Positions 6,574 to 17,533 of a DNA stretch of 58,796 nt are shown here, one piece after another (the first letter of the stretch is position 1; each line of letters starts with the position of its first letter). The notes beneath the pieces were generated by a model. It was not told the DNA's origin. It saw nothing but the letters and a program-made list of their open reading frames with translations, and searched no databases. Origin of the DNA: a virus (lineage: Duplodnaviria > Caudoviricetes); the IMG/VR virus record IMGVR_UViG_3300042890_001480, positions 1-58,796 of that record, one strand, 5' to 3'. The position numbers and the translations under genes were made by a program.

Positions 6574-6921
6574 ATGGCAGGACAAAAAAATTTCGAAGTG
6601 GATCAAAATACCACTTTTACTTTCATTGTTGAATATAAAGACAATGCGGGAGTCCCTATTGTTTTAACTGGGGCAAGCGCTAAACTGCAGGTCCGTGATA
6701 CAAAAGGCGGAACCAAATTAGCTTTTACTCTAACATCACCATCTGGTGGAATTACAATAGATGCTCCTAACGGTAAGTTAACGGTTAGGATGACTCCAAC
6801 CCAAACAAATAAATTATTTTATCCAAAGTCCTCTTATGACCTAATGCTTACCGATTCCAATTCAATTAAGACAAAACTTCTAGAAGGATTTTTGTCTCTT
6901 AGCAGGTCGGTAACAATATGA
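6574..6921 (+). CDS. virion protein, single Ig-like/BppU-N-like domain
   Basis: Beta-rich pattern (F.VDQ..TF, LQVR, YDL.L, LLEG); first gene of the fibre cluster. Confidence 0.6.
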   Translation: MAGQKNFEVDQNTTFTFIVEYKDNAGVPIVLTGASAKLQVRDTKGGTKLAFTLTSPSGGITIDAPNGKLTVRMTPTQTNKLFYPKSSYDLMLTDSNSIKTKLLEGFLSLSRSVTI

Positions 6922-7382
6922 CAGAATCAGTAATAGTAACACAAGTTGTAAATGATGTAATAGTAACACAAGCCGTAAACGATGTAATTATATCCTCCCC
7001 TGGACCGCAAGGCCCAAGAGGTAAAACTATATTAAATGGCAATGGAGTTCCAGCAGAAAATTTTGGATTAGAAGGCGACTTCTATTATGATAAAAATACA
7101 ACAAGATTTTATGGCCCAAAACTTTCTGATGCTACTTGGACTGGTGCCACAAATTACCTTCTAAATGTATCTACCCTAACCTATCCTTTTTCTATTAATC
7201 AGGTAGTTGCTGTAGGAAACTATTATGCTATTGCTATACCTCACAATTTGGGATACAACCCCAATGTTACTGTAAAAAACAGCGCTGGCGACATATTAGA
7301 AACAGGAATAGATTATAATAGTATTAACCAAATTACACTGACAATGGCTCAACCATTCGGTGGGACAGCTTACCTGTCCTAA
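6918..7382 (+). CDS. fibre-associated protein with short collagen-like motif
   Basis: PGPQGPRG, G.EGDFYYD, HNLGYNP motifs. Confidence 0.65.
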   Translation: MTESVIVTQVVNDVIVTQAVNDVIISSPGPQGPRGKTILNGNGVPAENFGLEGDFYYDKNTTRFYGPKLSDATWTGATNYLLNVSTLTYPFSINQVVAVGNYYAIAIPHNLGYNPNVTVKNSAGDILETGIDYNSINQITLTMAQPFGGTAYLS

Positions 7383-7395
7383 AGGAGAATAGAAA

Positions 7396-8598
7396 ATGGC
7401 AAGATTATTTGTAACTGATATCAATCTTAACAAGAATGAACTTCAGAACGCAAGAATTCAGGGATTAGCTTCAGCACCATCAGCCCCTGTAAACGGGCAG
7501 ATTTATTATGACACATCAAATAACACGATGTACTACCACAATGGACTAGCATCACCAAACGGTCCATGGGTAGCAATGAATGCTTCTCAAGAAGTAATTC
7601 AAGACACCATTGGTGCTTCCGTTGAAGGCGGAGTTGGCTTAACAAGAACATACGTTGACTCAACTGGAGTCACAACAATAGATTTAGATAACACAGCAGT
7701 AACAGCAGGATCTTATGGTTCCTCAACACAAATTCCTACTTTCACAGTAGATGCCCAAGGTCGTTTGACTGCAGCATCAACAGTAACAGTAGCAACAAAT
7801 CTTTCAATTGCTGCAGATACTGGAACAGCTGATACGGTAAGTCTTTTAACAGACACATTTACAATTAGCGGTGGCGAAGGAATTGACACTGCCGTAACAA
7901 ACAATACAATTACAATATCTGGAGAAGATGCAACTACCACTAATAAGGGTATTGCCTCATTTGCAGATGCAGACTTTACAGTAACAACTGGTGCAGTAAC
8001 AATCAAGAATGTTAACCTTGCTACACAGACAACTGGAAACTATATTGCAACTATTGCTGGAACAGCAAATGAAGTTGAAGTTTCAGGTTCAGGTTCAGAA
8101 AACTCTGCAGTAACAATTGGTCTTCCAAATGATGTAACAATCACTAACAACCTTACAGTTGGCGGTAACTTAAACGTAACTGGAACAATCAACTCAGTAA
8201 ACACCACTCAGGTAAATATTGTTGATAATAAGATTAACCTTAATACAGACTTTACAGGAACTCCAACAGCAGATGCTGGTGTCCGTGTAGAGCGTGGAGA
8301 CGGTGCAGATGTTGAAATTCTATGGAATGAAACAAATGATAACTGGACACTTACAAATGATGGTACAAATTACCACGCAATTACACGCAAGTTTACTTCA
8401 ACTGTTGGTAACGGATCATTAACTCAGATTCCAGTAACACACAATTTAGGATCTAGAACAGTAGTTGTAAATGTTTATGATTCAGCAACATATGACACCG
8501 TAGAGTGTGATGTTGTTAGAACTTCAACAACTGTTGTAACACTAGGATTTACAGTCGCACCAGCAGCTGGAGCATATACGGTAGTAATTATAGGTTAA
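7396..8598 (+). CDS. fibre/virion structural protein
   Basis: Thr/Val/Gly-rich; VTAGSYG...FTVDAQGRLT, LTVGGNLNVTG, THNLG motifs; SD AAGGAG. Confidence 0.75.
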   Translation: MARLFVTDINLNKNELQNARIQGLASAPSAPVNGQIYYDTSNNTMYYHNGLASPNGPWVAMNASQEVIQDTIGASVEGGVGLTRTYVDSTGVTTIDLDNTAVTAGSYGSSTQIPTFTVDAQGRLTAASTVTVATNLSIAADTGTADTVSLLTDTFTISGGEGIDTAVTNNTITISGEDATTTNKGIASFADADFTVTTGAVTIKNVNLATQTTGNYIATIAGTANEVEVSGSGSENSAVTIGLPNDVTITNNLTVGGNLNVTGTINSVNTTQVNIVDNKINLNTDFTGTPTADAGVRVERGDGADVEILWNETNDNWTLTNDGTNYHAITRKFTSTVGNGSLTQIPVTHNLGSRTVVVNVYDSATYDTVECDVVRTSTTVVTLGFTVAPAAGAYTVVIIG

Positions 8599-8609
8599 GG
8601 GGGCAGTAA

Positions 8610-8849
8610 ATGTCTGTAAAAAGATTAGTCCCTCTTAATGCAGTAGAACTATCCACAGACCCAACGGGTGCACGTCGTGGAGACATTTATTATAATACTG
8701 CTGTAGAAGAACTTAGAGTATATGATGGCGTGTCCTGGACTCCAATATCAGGATTAGCAGACCATCTTCATACGTACGACGGTGCAATTTATTCAGTGGG
8801 CAATATAACCTATCCAATGGATCCTGTAATTGATGGCGGCACTCCATAA
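8610..8849 (+). CDS. small fibre-associated protein
   Basis: GDIYYNT...LRVYDGVSW motif, ends IDGGTP; coupled to next gene. Confidence 0.7.
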   Translation: MSVKRLVPLNAVELSTDPTGARRGDIYYNTAVEELRVYDGVSWTPISGLADHLHTYDGAIYSVGNITYPMDPVIDGGTP

Positions 8850-11800
8850 TGGCTACTAATTACCCTAACTCATTAGATAACTTTACAAATCCAACTTCTG
8901 CCAGCCCAATAAATAGTCCATCTCATTCAGAGCAACATGCAAATGCTAATGATGCAATAGAAGCTATTGAAGGTGAATTAGGAACTAATCCAAAGGGTGC
9001 GAAAGCAACAGTTAAAGTTCGTCTTGATGATGTTGATACTGCAATTGCTACTAAAGCACCTATTGATTCCCCAACATTTACTGGCACAGTAACAATTCCA
9101 TCAGGTTCAGCAATTACTGGTGTTCCGTATCTTGCTACCGCCAATACTTTTACTGGAAATAATACTTTTGCTTCACCAATTGTAGGTTTTGTTGGAACTG
9201 GTGGCACATATTCATCTGCAGCCGTATCTGCATATAACATAATACATTTAAGCCAGGGAATGATTCTTATAAATAGTCAAACTGGTGGCGACTATAACTT
9301 GGCTACAAATACTTATTATAATTCAGGATGGAAATATTTTGAAAGTTCCCCATCAACTCTTTTAAATTTTGGTAATGGAAACATTGACTTTAATACTGCT
9401 GCATCTGGAACTGCTGGAAATACAATAACTTTTACAAGTAAAATGAAAATCAACAATTCTGGAAATGTTACTATAAATGGTTTTGGTGCATCTACCGTAG
9501 GTTTAATTGTAAAAGGCGCAACCTCCCAAACTGCAGATTATTTCCAAATTCAAAATTCATCAGGGACAGTTGTAGTTAAGGCTGATTCCTCAAACAGTAT
9601 TGCAGTGCCATTTGGCCAAATTAGTGCAGCATCAGGATTAATCGGCTCAGGCACAACAAGACTTGGAACTGCAGGCGTTACTGCTTATGCAAGTGCAGCC
9701 ACTAGCAATGGAATTATTGTTCGTGGTGCAGCCTCCCAAACTGCCAAACTTCAGGAATGGCAAAACTCAGCTGGAACTGTCGTTGCAAGTACCAGCGTAG
9801 AAGGTAACGGATATTTTCAAGCAAATTTAAATGCCGCATCTATAGGCGCAGGAAATAATATAGGAGGAGCAAGCTTAACCGCATCTCCTTGGAGTGCTGT
9901 AACTACCGTTTCTATAATTAGAGGATATCCATCTCAGTCTGCCGATTTAACTAAATGGCAAAACTCAGATGGGACTGTGTTGTCTGGAATCAGCCCCATC
10001 GGACAATCTTTTGTTCAGACTACTGCACCCATTACGGCAAGTGCTATATCTCAAAGCATTACTGCTGTTTCATTTACATCAACAACTGCAACATATACAT
10101 TTTCGGCTACTGAACAAACTATTTCTATTGGTGAATACGTTACAGTTTATGGAATAACTCCATCAGGATACAATGGCACATATCAGGTTACAGCAGTTGC
10201 CACTGTTTCTGGTGGTACTTCTTATTCATTCACCGTTGCAAATACCACAAATGCTACTGTCACAGTTGGAACAGGGTACTTTTTTCCCTCTGCTTCTGTA
10301 AGTATTTCAACTAAAAATAAAGCACATACTGGTTTAATTATTAAGGCAGTATCAGGACAAACAGCATCTGTGCTGGAACTTCAAAATTCATTAGGTCAGC
10401 CCGCTACTTGGTTTGATTCAACAGGTGGAATGACAGCATCACAAGCCGTAGTATCAACATTGTATTCAGGTGGATTTATGAATACAGGAACGCTTGGATA
10501 TTTTAATGCTACAACATTTAGTTCATCAGTAATACCAGTAGTAGTTCGTGGAACCACCTCACAGGCAACAGATTTAACTCAATGGCAGAACAGTTCTGGT
10601 ACTTCTTTAGCAAGAATTTCTAATACAGGTATTTTTGTAGGCGGCTCCTTTTCATCTAATGGTTCACAAGCAGCAGGAACAAATATTGCGTCTCAATTTG
10701 GTTCAACATCTGCTACACGTATACCTATGGTTGTATATGGTGCAGCATCACAAACTGCCAACCTTCAGGAGTGGCAGGACAGTGCTGGAGCTGTACTTTC
10801 TAGCATTTCAGCATCTGGAGGATTTACAGTTCCTTCTTTGACGGTTTCTGGAGACTTAACTGTAAACGGAACCACTACAAATATTAATTCTACTAATCTT
10901 GTTATAGAAGATAAAAACATTGTGCTTGGAGATACAACAACTCCAACAGATATAACTGCCGATGGCGGAGGTATTACACTTAAAGGCACAACCGATAAAA
11001 CATTCAACTGGGTTGACTCCACAGACTCTTGGACTTCATCAGAACATTTAAATCTTGCTTCAGGAAAGTCACTATATTTAAACGGAACACTGTTAAAAGA
11101 TGCTACAGAAACTTTAACTAATAAGACTCTTACATCCCCAAAAATTAATGAAGATGTAGCAGTTACAGCAACAGCAACAGAGATTAATGTATTAGATGGG
11201 ATTACTTCAACTACCGCAGAACTTAATATTTTAGACGGGGTAACATCAACAGCAGCAGAACTTAATATTTTAGACGGGGTAACATCAACAGCAGCAGAAC
11301 TTAATATTTTAGATGGAGTTACAGCGACAGCTTTAGAGATAAACGTTCTTGATGGAATTACATCATCTACCGCAGAGATTAATATCCTTGACGGAGTTAC
11401 AGCAGACTATACCGAATTAAATATACTTGATGGAGCAACTCTTTCTACAACTGAATTAAATTATGTAGATGGCGTAACATCATCAATTCAAACTCAGATA
11501 GATACCAAGGCTCCACTTGCTTCTCCTACTTTTACTGGTACCGTCACAATTCCAGCAAATTCAGCAATTACTGGTGTTCCTTATCTTGATACCGCTAATA
11601 CTTTTACCAATAGCCCACAAGAGATTGCAAATACAAGCACAAGCGCTATCCAATTAATTTTAAGAACAAATAGTGGACAAACAGCAGATAATTTCCAAAT
11701 AAAAAATATTACCAACACTGTAAACTTTCGCATCTTTGGTGGTTCATTTGGTGCTGACGGAGTCGCTTCAATCGGTAACGCAACATTACCAACAACGTCG

Positions 11801-14800
11801 CAACTTTACGTACAAGACAATAACGCTGCTAGAGTAGGTTTAATTATTCGTGGCGCTACATCTCAAACTGCTAGCCTACAAGAATGGCACAACTCTGCGG
11901 GAAGTGCGTTGGCTTATGTTGATAGCTCTGGTACTATTCGTTCTGCAATTTTTGGCTCGCTTTCAGCAGGTCTTACGACTATGCGAACAAATTATGATAC
12001 TAACGGAATTGGATTTCAAATAGGTAGCGCTGGTCAAAAAGGATTGGTTATCCGTGGCTTCGCCTCACAAACTGAAAATCTTCAGGAGTGGCAGAACAGT
12101 AGTGGTACGTTGCTGTCCTGGATTCACCCTGCTGGATACCTTACACTAGGTTCTGCAACTACTATTGGTGGAGTTCTTGGTATAAGCACGGGTGTCTCAA
12201 CTGCCAGAGGTATTGTTGTCCGAGGTGCTGCCTCACAATCTGTCAATCTTCAAGAGTGGCAAAACAGTGCTGGAGGGGTAATTGCTTCAATTGGTCCTGC
12301 TGGAAGCATAACAACAAATAGTAATATTACTCAAGGCACTTCTGGAAGAACATTTATCGGTGGAGCAGCAGACGCTGGTGCATTTTTAAATGTAGGTAGT
12401 GCAACGACAACAAGGCAAGTAATTGTAGCACGTCCAAATTTTGCGACACAATCCGCTAGTCTCCAAGAATGGCAAAACTCGGCTGGGACCGTTCTTTCAG
12501 GAATTAATGCTGCTGGACAAATTCATACAGGCACTACTACAAGCATTAATGGTTCAATAACAGGGACAATTATATCGACTACTTATGTATCAAGCACAGT
12601 TGCCACCTTTGAATACAATGGCACATCACTTGTGCAAGTAGGACAGAGAGTAACAATTGGAGATCCTTACGGCAATTATAGTGGTAATGGATTTGCTGGA
12701 ACTTGGACAGTCACAGCAGTTACATCAAATACTTTCACAGTACTTGGCTCAGGGTTTTCAGATTATATTGTTGCGCCAGAAGCAGAGGATGGAACATTTA
12801 CTTTATCTGCCGCTGGAAGTTTTGTTGCTAATACTGCTGTAACTACTCCAGTGGTTGTCAAGGGAGTTACATCACAAACCGCTAATCTTCAGGAGTGGCA
12901 GAACAGTGCTGGTGGAGCTTTACTTAATATAGATTCAACAGGCAATTTAGATATAGGTGCTGGCTCTAGCAATATATGGAAAATAAAAAACCAAACCTCA
13001 GCAGTAATGGAATGGCAACCAAGTCAAGGATTTATGTTTTTGCCATATGGATCATCTAATAGACCCGTAACAATTAAAGGCGCAGCAAGTCAAACAGCCA
13101 ACCTAACCGAATGGCAGGATAGCACTGGAGCTGTACTTTCTAGCATTTCAGCATCTGGAGGATTTACAATACCTTCTCTTACAGTATCTGGAGACTTTAC
13201 TGTAAATGGTACAACAACAAATATAAATACAACTAATTTAATTGTAGAAGATAAAAATATTACTATTGCAGATGTTGCTACTCCTACTGATACTACCGCC
13301 GATGGAGCGGGAATTACAATAAAAGGCGCTACAGATAAAACACTTAATTGGGTACAATCAACAGGCTCATTTACATCATCAGAACCGTTTATAATAAATA
13401 CAAATTCAACAACTAAGCAAAATCTTATTGTTAAAGGAATTGCATCCCAAACTGCTAATCTTCAAGAATGGCAAAATAGTGCTGGCAATGTGATAGCCTC
13501 TGTCTATAAAGATGGCATTTCAATTCAAAACAATGAGACAAACTTTCCACGAGGACTTACTATTACGCAGTCCACCAATAATATTGCAGCAGCAGCATTT
13601 ATTGCACGAAAAAGTAGGGGTACAAATGAATCACCTGTTGTTGTTAATACGGGAGATATTGTTGGTGCCTTTGGATTCACTTCGTATAACGGTACTACTT
13701 ACCCTATAGATACCACACTATTTGGTGCAGCGGTAACAGATAAAAGTGGTTCTACTATCTCACAAAGCCTTTACTTTACTACTGGATCAAACAGTAATGG
13801 TAATTATGTTCCTAATTTACTGGTTTATCATGATGGAAGAGTAGGCGTAGGTGCAGGCTTTGGAAATATAACTTCAACAATTAATCAACCATCTGCTACT
13901 TTGCACATTGGTTCGCTAGCCGCTAACACAGTTGTCGCTCTAGTCAAAGGCGCAGCGTCACAATCAGTTAGCCTTCAAGAGTGGCAGAATAATTCTGGTA
14001 CAGCGTTGGCATCAATCGGAGCAACTGGTGCTTTACGTATTTCAGGTTCATTAGGGTATATGGGAGGCGGAGGAAGTCAATTAGTATTTCAAGCAGGAAA
14101 TAATGCTGCCTATTTTACTGTCACATCTTTGGCGGGGGCGTATCCATCCTTAATCATAAGAAGTATTACATCTCAAACTTCTAATCTTCAACAATGGCAA
14201 AACTCGGCTGGAACTATTTTTTCAGGAATAAATGCCGCTGGACAAATATTCGCAGGGACTACCACAAGCATCAATGGTTCAACTACTACGGAAATCACAT
14301 CGGCTGCATTTACATCAGCTACAGTTGCGGTCTTCACCTATGGCGGCACATCACTTGTGCAAGCAGGACAGGCAGTTACAGTTGCAGGTGTAACAGGTGG
14401 TACATACAACGGTACTTGGACAGTTACAGCAGTTACATCAACAACTTTCACGGTCCTTGGTTCAGGATTTACAGATGTAGCAGGTACAGGTGGAACATTT
14501 ACTTTGTCTGCCGTTGGAAGTTTTGTTTCAGGTACGGCAGCAATTACTCCAATAGTTGTTCGTGGCGCAGCATCACAAACTGCCAATCTCCAAGAGTGGC
14601 AGAATTCTGCAGGGACTATATTGCCAAGCATTGGTCCAAATGGAACAATGAATTTAAAGTCTGTAAGTTCAGCCAATCTTGTAACTTTCTTTAATGGTAC
14701 AAGCGGATTCGGCGCAGGAAACATAAGTTATAATGGAATATTTAATATTAATGCTGCAAATATGGGATTTCCATATACAGCATCTGGCGCAACGCTTTCT

Positions 14801-15463
14801 GTAAATGCAACATCAGCAACAGTAGTTCCAATTACTTCTAGAGGCTTTGCCTCACAAACTGGTGACTTACAGCAATGGCAAAATAGTGCTGGCACTGTAT
14901 TAGCTTCTGTTGCTAGTGGTGGCGGTATTTTGGCAAATTCTTTTAGCGCTGTTAATGGTATTGTAACAGGTTCATTATCGTTTTCTAGCATTTCTTATAA
15001 CGGATTTTCCAATCCTGCTGGAATTCTAACTAATCCAACTGTAGTAATACGAGGAATAGCCTCACAAACTGGTGACTTACAGCAATGGCGGGGTAGTGCC
15101 AATACAATACTTGCAAAAGTTGATGTAAATGGTAATTTTTCTGCAATCTCAAAGTCATTTGATATCCCTCACCCAACAAAAGAAAATATGCGTCTTCGTT
15201 ATGCATCTCTTGAAGGAAATGAGCATGGAATATATGTTCGTGGAATTACAAAAGAAAAAATTATTGAATTGCCAGAATATTGGACTAATTTAGTAGATGA
15301 GTCTACTATTACTGTTTCTCTAACTTCTATTGGTAAATTCCAAAAAGTTTATGTAGAAAAAATTGAAGGTAATAAAATTTATATCGGCGGGAGAGTTAAA
15401 GAAATCTCCTATGCAGTATTTGGAGAGCGTAAAGATATAGATAAACTAATAGTGGAGTACTAA
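8849..15463 (+). CDS. giant repeat-built tail fibre/adhesin (2204 aa)
   Basis: About 19 copies of GxxSQTAxLQEWQNSxG, 8 ELNxLDG repeats, C-terminal KSFDIPHP...LEG chaperone-like domain. Confidence 0.85.
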   Translation: MATNYPNSLDNFTNPTSASPINSPSHSEQHANANDAIEAIEGELGTNPKGAKATVKVRLDDVDTAIATKAPIDSPTFTGTVTIPSGSAITGVPYLATANTFTGNNTFASPIVGFVGTGGTYSSAAVSAYNIIHLSQGMILINSQTGGDYNLATNTYYNSGWKYFESSPSTLLNFGNGNIDFNTAASGTAGNTITFTSKMKINNSGNVTINGFGASTVGLIVKGATSQTADYFQIQNSSGTVVVKADSSNSIAVPFGQISAASGLIGSGTTRLGTAGVTAYASAATSNGIIVRGAASQTAKLQEWQNSAGTVVASTSVEGNGYFQANLNAASIGAGNNIGGASLTASPWSAVTTVSIIRGYPSQSADLTKWQNSDGTVLSGISPIGQSFVQTTAPITASAISQSITAVSFTSTTATYTFSATEQTISIGEYVTVYGITPSGYNGTYQVTAVATVSGGTSYSFTVANTTNATVTVGTGYFFPSASVSISTKNKAHTGLIIKAVSGQTASVLELQNSLGQPATWFDSTGGMTASQAVVSTLYSGGFMNTGTLGYFNATTFSSSVIPVVVRGTTSQATDLTQWQNSSGTSLARISNTGIFVGGSFSSNGSQAAGTNIASQFGSTSATRIPMVVYGAASQTANLQEWQDSAGAVLSSISASGGFTVPSLTVSGDLTVNGTTTNINSTNLVIEDKNIVLGDTTTPTDITADGGGITLKGTTDKTFNWVDSTDSWTSSEHLNLASGKSLYLNGTLLKDATETLTNKTLTSPKINEDVAVTATATEINVLDGITSTTAELNILDGVTSTAAELNILDGVTSTAAELNILDGVTATALEINVLDGITSSTAEINILDGVTADYTELNILDGATLSTTELNYVDGVTSSIQTQIDTKAPLASPTFTGTVTIPANSAITGVPYLDTANTFTNSPQEIANTSTSAIQLILRTNSGQTADNFQIKNITNTVNFRIFGGSFGADGVASIGNATLPTTSQLYVQDNNAARVGLIIRGATSQTASLQEWHNSAGSALAYVDSSGTIRSAIFGSLSAGLTTMRTNYDTNGIGFQIGSAGQKGLVIRGFASQTENLQEWQNSSGTLLSWIHPAGYLTLGSATTIGGVLGISTGVSTARGIVVRGAASQSVNLQEWQNSAGGVIASIGPAGSITTNSNITQGTSGRTFIGGAADAGAFLNVGSATTTRQVIVARPNFATQSASLQEWQNSAGTVLSGINAAGQIHTGTTTSINGSITGTIISTTYVSSTVATFEYNGTSLVQVGQRVTIGDPYGNYSGNGFAGTWTVTAVTSNTFTVLGSGFSDYIVAPEAEDGTFTLSAAGSFVANTAVTTPVVVKGVTSQTANLQEWQNSAGGALLNIDSTGNLDIGAGSSNIWKIKNQTSAVMEWQPSQGFMFLPYGSSNRPVTIKGAASQTANLTEWQDSTGAVLSSISASGGFTIPSLTVSGDFTVNGTTTNINTTNLIVEDKNITIADVATPTDTTADGAGITIKGATDKTLNWVQSTGSFTSSEPFIINTNSTTKQNLIVKGIASQTANLQEWQNSAGNVIASVYKDGISIQNNETNFPRGLTITQSTNNIAAAAFIARKSRGTNESPVVVNTGDIVGAFGFTSYNGTTYPIDTTLFGAAVTDKSGSTISQSLYFTTGSNSNGNYVPNLLVYHDGRVGVGAGFGNITSTINQPSATLHIGSLAANTVVALVKGAASQSVSLQEWQNNSGTALASIGATGALRISGSLGYMGGGGSQLVFQAGNNAAYFTVTSLAGAYPSLIIRSITSQTSNLQQWQNSAGTIFSGINAAGQIFAGTTTSINGSTTTEITSAAFTSATVAVFTYGGTSLVQAGQAVTVAGVTGGTYNGTWTVTAVTSTTFTVLGSGFTDVAGTGGTFTLSAVGSFVSGTAAITPIVVRGAASQTANLQEWQNSAGTILPSIGPNGTMNLKSVSSANLVTFFNGTSGFGAGNISYNGIFNINAANMGFPYTASGATLSVNATSATVVPITSRGFASQTGDLQQWQNSAGTVLASVASGGGILANSFSAVNGIVTGSLSFSSISYNGFSNPAGILTNPTVVIRGIASQTGDLQQWRGSANTILAKVDVNGNFSAISKSFDIPHPTKENMRLRYASLEGNEHGIYVRGITKEKIIELPEYWTNLVDESTITVSLTSIGKFQKVYVEKIEGNKIYIGGRVKEISYAVFGERKDIDKLIVEY
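11171..11482 (+). repeat. 39-bp (13-aa) tandem repeat, 8 copies
   Basis: TAAELNILDGVTS-type units; exact 39-nt DNA periodicity at about 11216-11313. Confidence 0.85.
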
Positions 15464-16167
15464 TGGCTACTAACTATAATCCTAGCATAGTTAAAAGCGG
15501 ATTGGTTCTTTGTTTAGATCCCGCAAATCCTAGATCATACTCAGGATCTGGTACTACAATAACCGACATAAGCAATTCTGAAAATAATGGAACTTTTAGT
15601 GGCGGCGGACCAGCTTATAGTGCATCAAATAATGGAACATTAGTATTTGATGGCTCTGATGACACTATTACTGTTACAACCAGTAATGGATTTGGAAATT
15701 CTTCATTACCCCCAAATCAATCTATGTCTTTTTGGTATAAGCATGATGACAACAATCAATATGATTTTTTATGTGGATTTAGAAATAATGCAAATTATGA
15801 TTTTTATACTTTAATTGTTGATCAGGCTGGAGGAGACTTCCTTGAAGTAAGAACAAGAACTGGTGGCGGTGGTGCGGCCGATACAAACATTGCCTGGCCA
15901 GCTGCATATAATAATGTTTGGAAACATATATCTGTAACTGCATCTGGATCCCTTGTTACTCTTTATTTAGATGGCATACAAGCAAATTCATCAAATAGTC
16001 TTTCTGGAAATTACGGAGCATCTTCTGGTAATTTTACAGTAGGTAGGTATGCATTCGGTTTTCCAATGAAAGGTTCTATGGGACAAATATTGTTTTATAA
16101 TAGAGCGATAACTGCAGCAGAAGTAAGACAAAATTTTAATGCTACAAAAGGCAGGTATGGATTATGA
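15463..16167 (+). CDS. LamG/concanavalin A-like lectin protein
   Basis: GLVLCLDPAN..SY start, WKHISVT, LYLDG, FYNRA, QNFNATKGRYGL. Confidence 0.85.
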   Translation: MATNYNPSIVKSGLVLCLDPANPRSYSGSGTTITDISNSENNGTFSGGGPAYSASNNGTLVFDGSDDTITVTTSNGFGNSSLPPNQSMSFWYKHDDNNQYDFLCGFRNNANYDFYTLIVDQAGGDFLEVRTRTGGGGAADTNIAWPAAYNNVWKHISVTASGSLVTLYLDGIQANSSNSLSGNYGASSGNFTVGRYAFGFPMKGSMGQILFYNRAITAAEVRQNFNATKGRYGL

Positions 16168-16772
16168 GCCTTTCACATTCACCTCAAATTGTTAGAGATG
16201 GTTTAATACTTTGTGTAGATCCAGATAACATGAGGTCTTACAATGGGAGTGGAATCAGTATATTAAATCTAGTAGACGGAACAAGTCAAACACTTAATGG
16301 TACATTTTCAAAGCCAAGCTTAGGAATAAGACTAACAAATACTAATATATCTGGATCTTCAAATATATCGAGGCTAAATATAAACTCTTACGCATCAATC
16401 AGAACAATAGGTGTGTGGGTTAACATAGTTGATAATATAACTGGTAATTACATATTTGATGCAAGAAATGGTGCAGGCGCAGATGGATACGTTTGGAATG
16501 GTGGAATTGGAAGTTTTTGGTCAGGTCTTTCTGTAAACGGACAAAATAAAACAACTCCAACTATTGGGGACTCCTTTGCTACTGGATCTTGGAGATTTTT
16601 GACATATGAAAGTTCTGCTAGTTTTACTGATAACGTAACTATGTTTTCTAGATTTACTAATATTGAAGGCTTAAATTGTACATTTGGACAAATTTTATTT
16701 TATAATAGGGTACTTACAAATGCAGAAATAAATAAGAACTTTAACGCATTAAAAGGCAGGTATTCATTATGA
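16164..16772 (+). CDS. LamG-like paralogue
   Basis: Same N- and C-terminal motifs as its neighbours. Confidence 0.8.
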   Translation: MSLSHSPQIVRDGLILCVDPDNMRSYNGSGISILNLVDGTSQTLNGTFSKPSLGIRLTNTNISGSSNISRLNINSYASIRTIGVWVNIVDNITGNYIFDARNGAGADGYVWNGGIGSFWSGLSVNGQNKTTPTIGDSFATGSWRFLTYESSASFTDNVTMFSRFTNIEGLNCTFGQILFYNRVLTNAEINKNFNALKGRYSL

Positions 16773-17533
16773 CAAATGAAGCAGGACCTAATATTGTTTA
16801 TAATGGATTGGTGCTTTATTTAGATGCCGCCAATTCAAGATCTTATCCTGGAACAGGAGCAACTTGGACGGACTTAAGCGGAAACTTACAAAATTTTACA
16901 TTATACAACTCTCCAACATTTTCTAGCAACAATGGCGGAGAAATTTTATTTTCTGGAACAAACGATTATGCTAGAATAAGAAATAGCAGCTCTATAGATC
17001 TGTTATCATCAAATGGTACAGTTGAAATTTGGTTTAGATCTATAGGCGGTACTTTAGGCGGAAACTATGCAAGACTAATAAGTTTTTCAAATGAAACAGG
17101 GACTGGCTCCGATACAACATTAACGCAAGGAGTACTTAATGATTTTATCAACTACTTCTGTTTAGTACAAAATCAAACTACACAAAGACTTGCTGTTTGG
17201 TATAAAGATAATCCACAAGGATTTGGATCATCAACTCCAGTTAATACAAACAATTATTTTAATGCTGTAATATCTTGGTCTACTAATGGAGCATCAATGA
17301 CTTTTAATTTTTATTTAAATGGTGTAGTTGCAAATACAACAACTGTTACTCAATCAGGATATAACGCAGATGCATCAACTATAACATTAGGACAAAATGC
17401 AAATGGTGCACTATCTGCCCCAAGTGAAAATTCTTCATGTGCATTTTCATCTGTAAAAATGTACAATAGATCGCTTTTAGCATCAGAAATCTTACAAAAC
17501 TATGCTGCTCTAAAAGGGAGGTATGAATTATAA
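16769..17533 (+). CDS. LamG-like paralogue
   Basis: GLVLYLDAANSRSY, FYLNG, MYNRSL, ALKGRYEL. Confidence 0.85.
   Translation: MTNEAGPNIVYNGLVLYLDAANSRSYPGTGATWTDLSGNLQNFTLYNSPTFSSNNGGEILFSGTNDYARIRNSSSIDLLSSNGTVEIWFRSIGGTLGGNYARLISFSNETGTGSDTTLTQGVLNDFINYFCLVQNQTTQRLAVWYKDNPQGFGSSTPVNTNNYFNAVISWSTNGASMTFNFYLNGVVANTTTVTQSGYNADASTITLGQNANGALSAPSENSSCAFSSVKMYNRSLLASEILQNYAALKGRYEL

Noticed and set aside
11171-11482. CRISPR array
   Set aside because: In-frame coding tandem repeats without unique spacers; no cas genes
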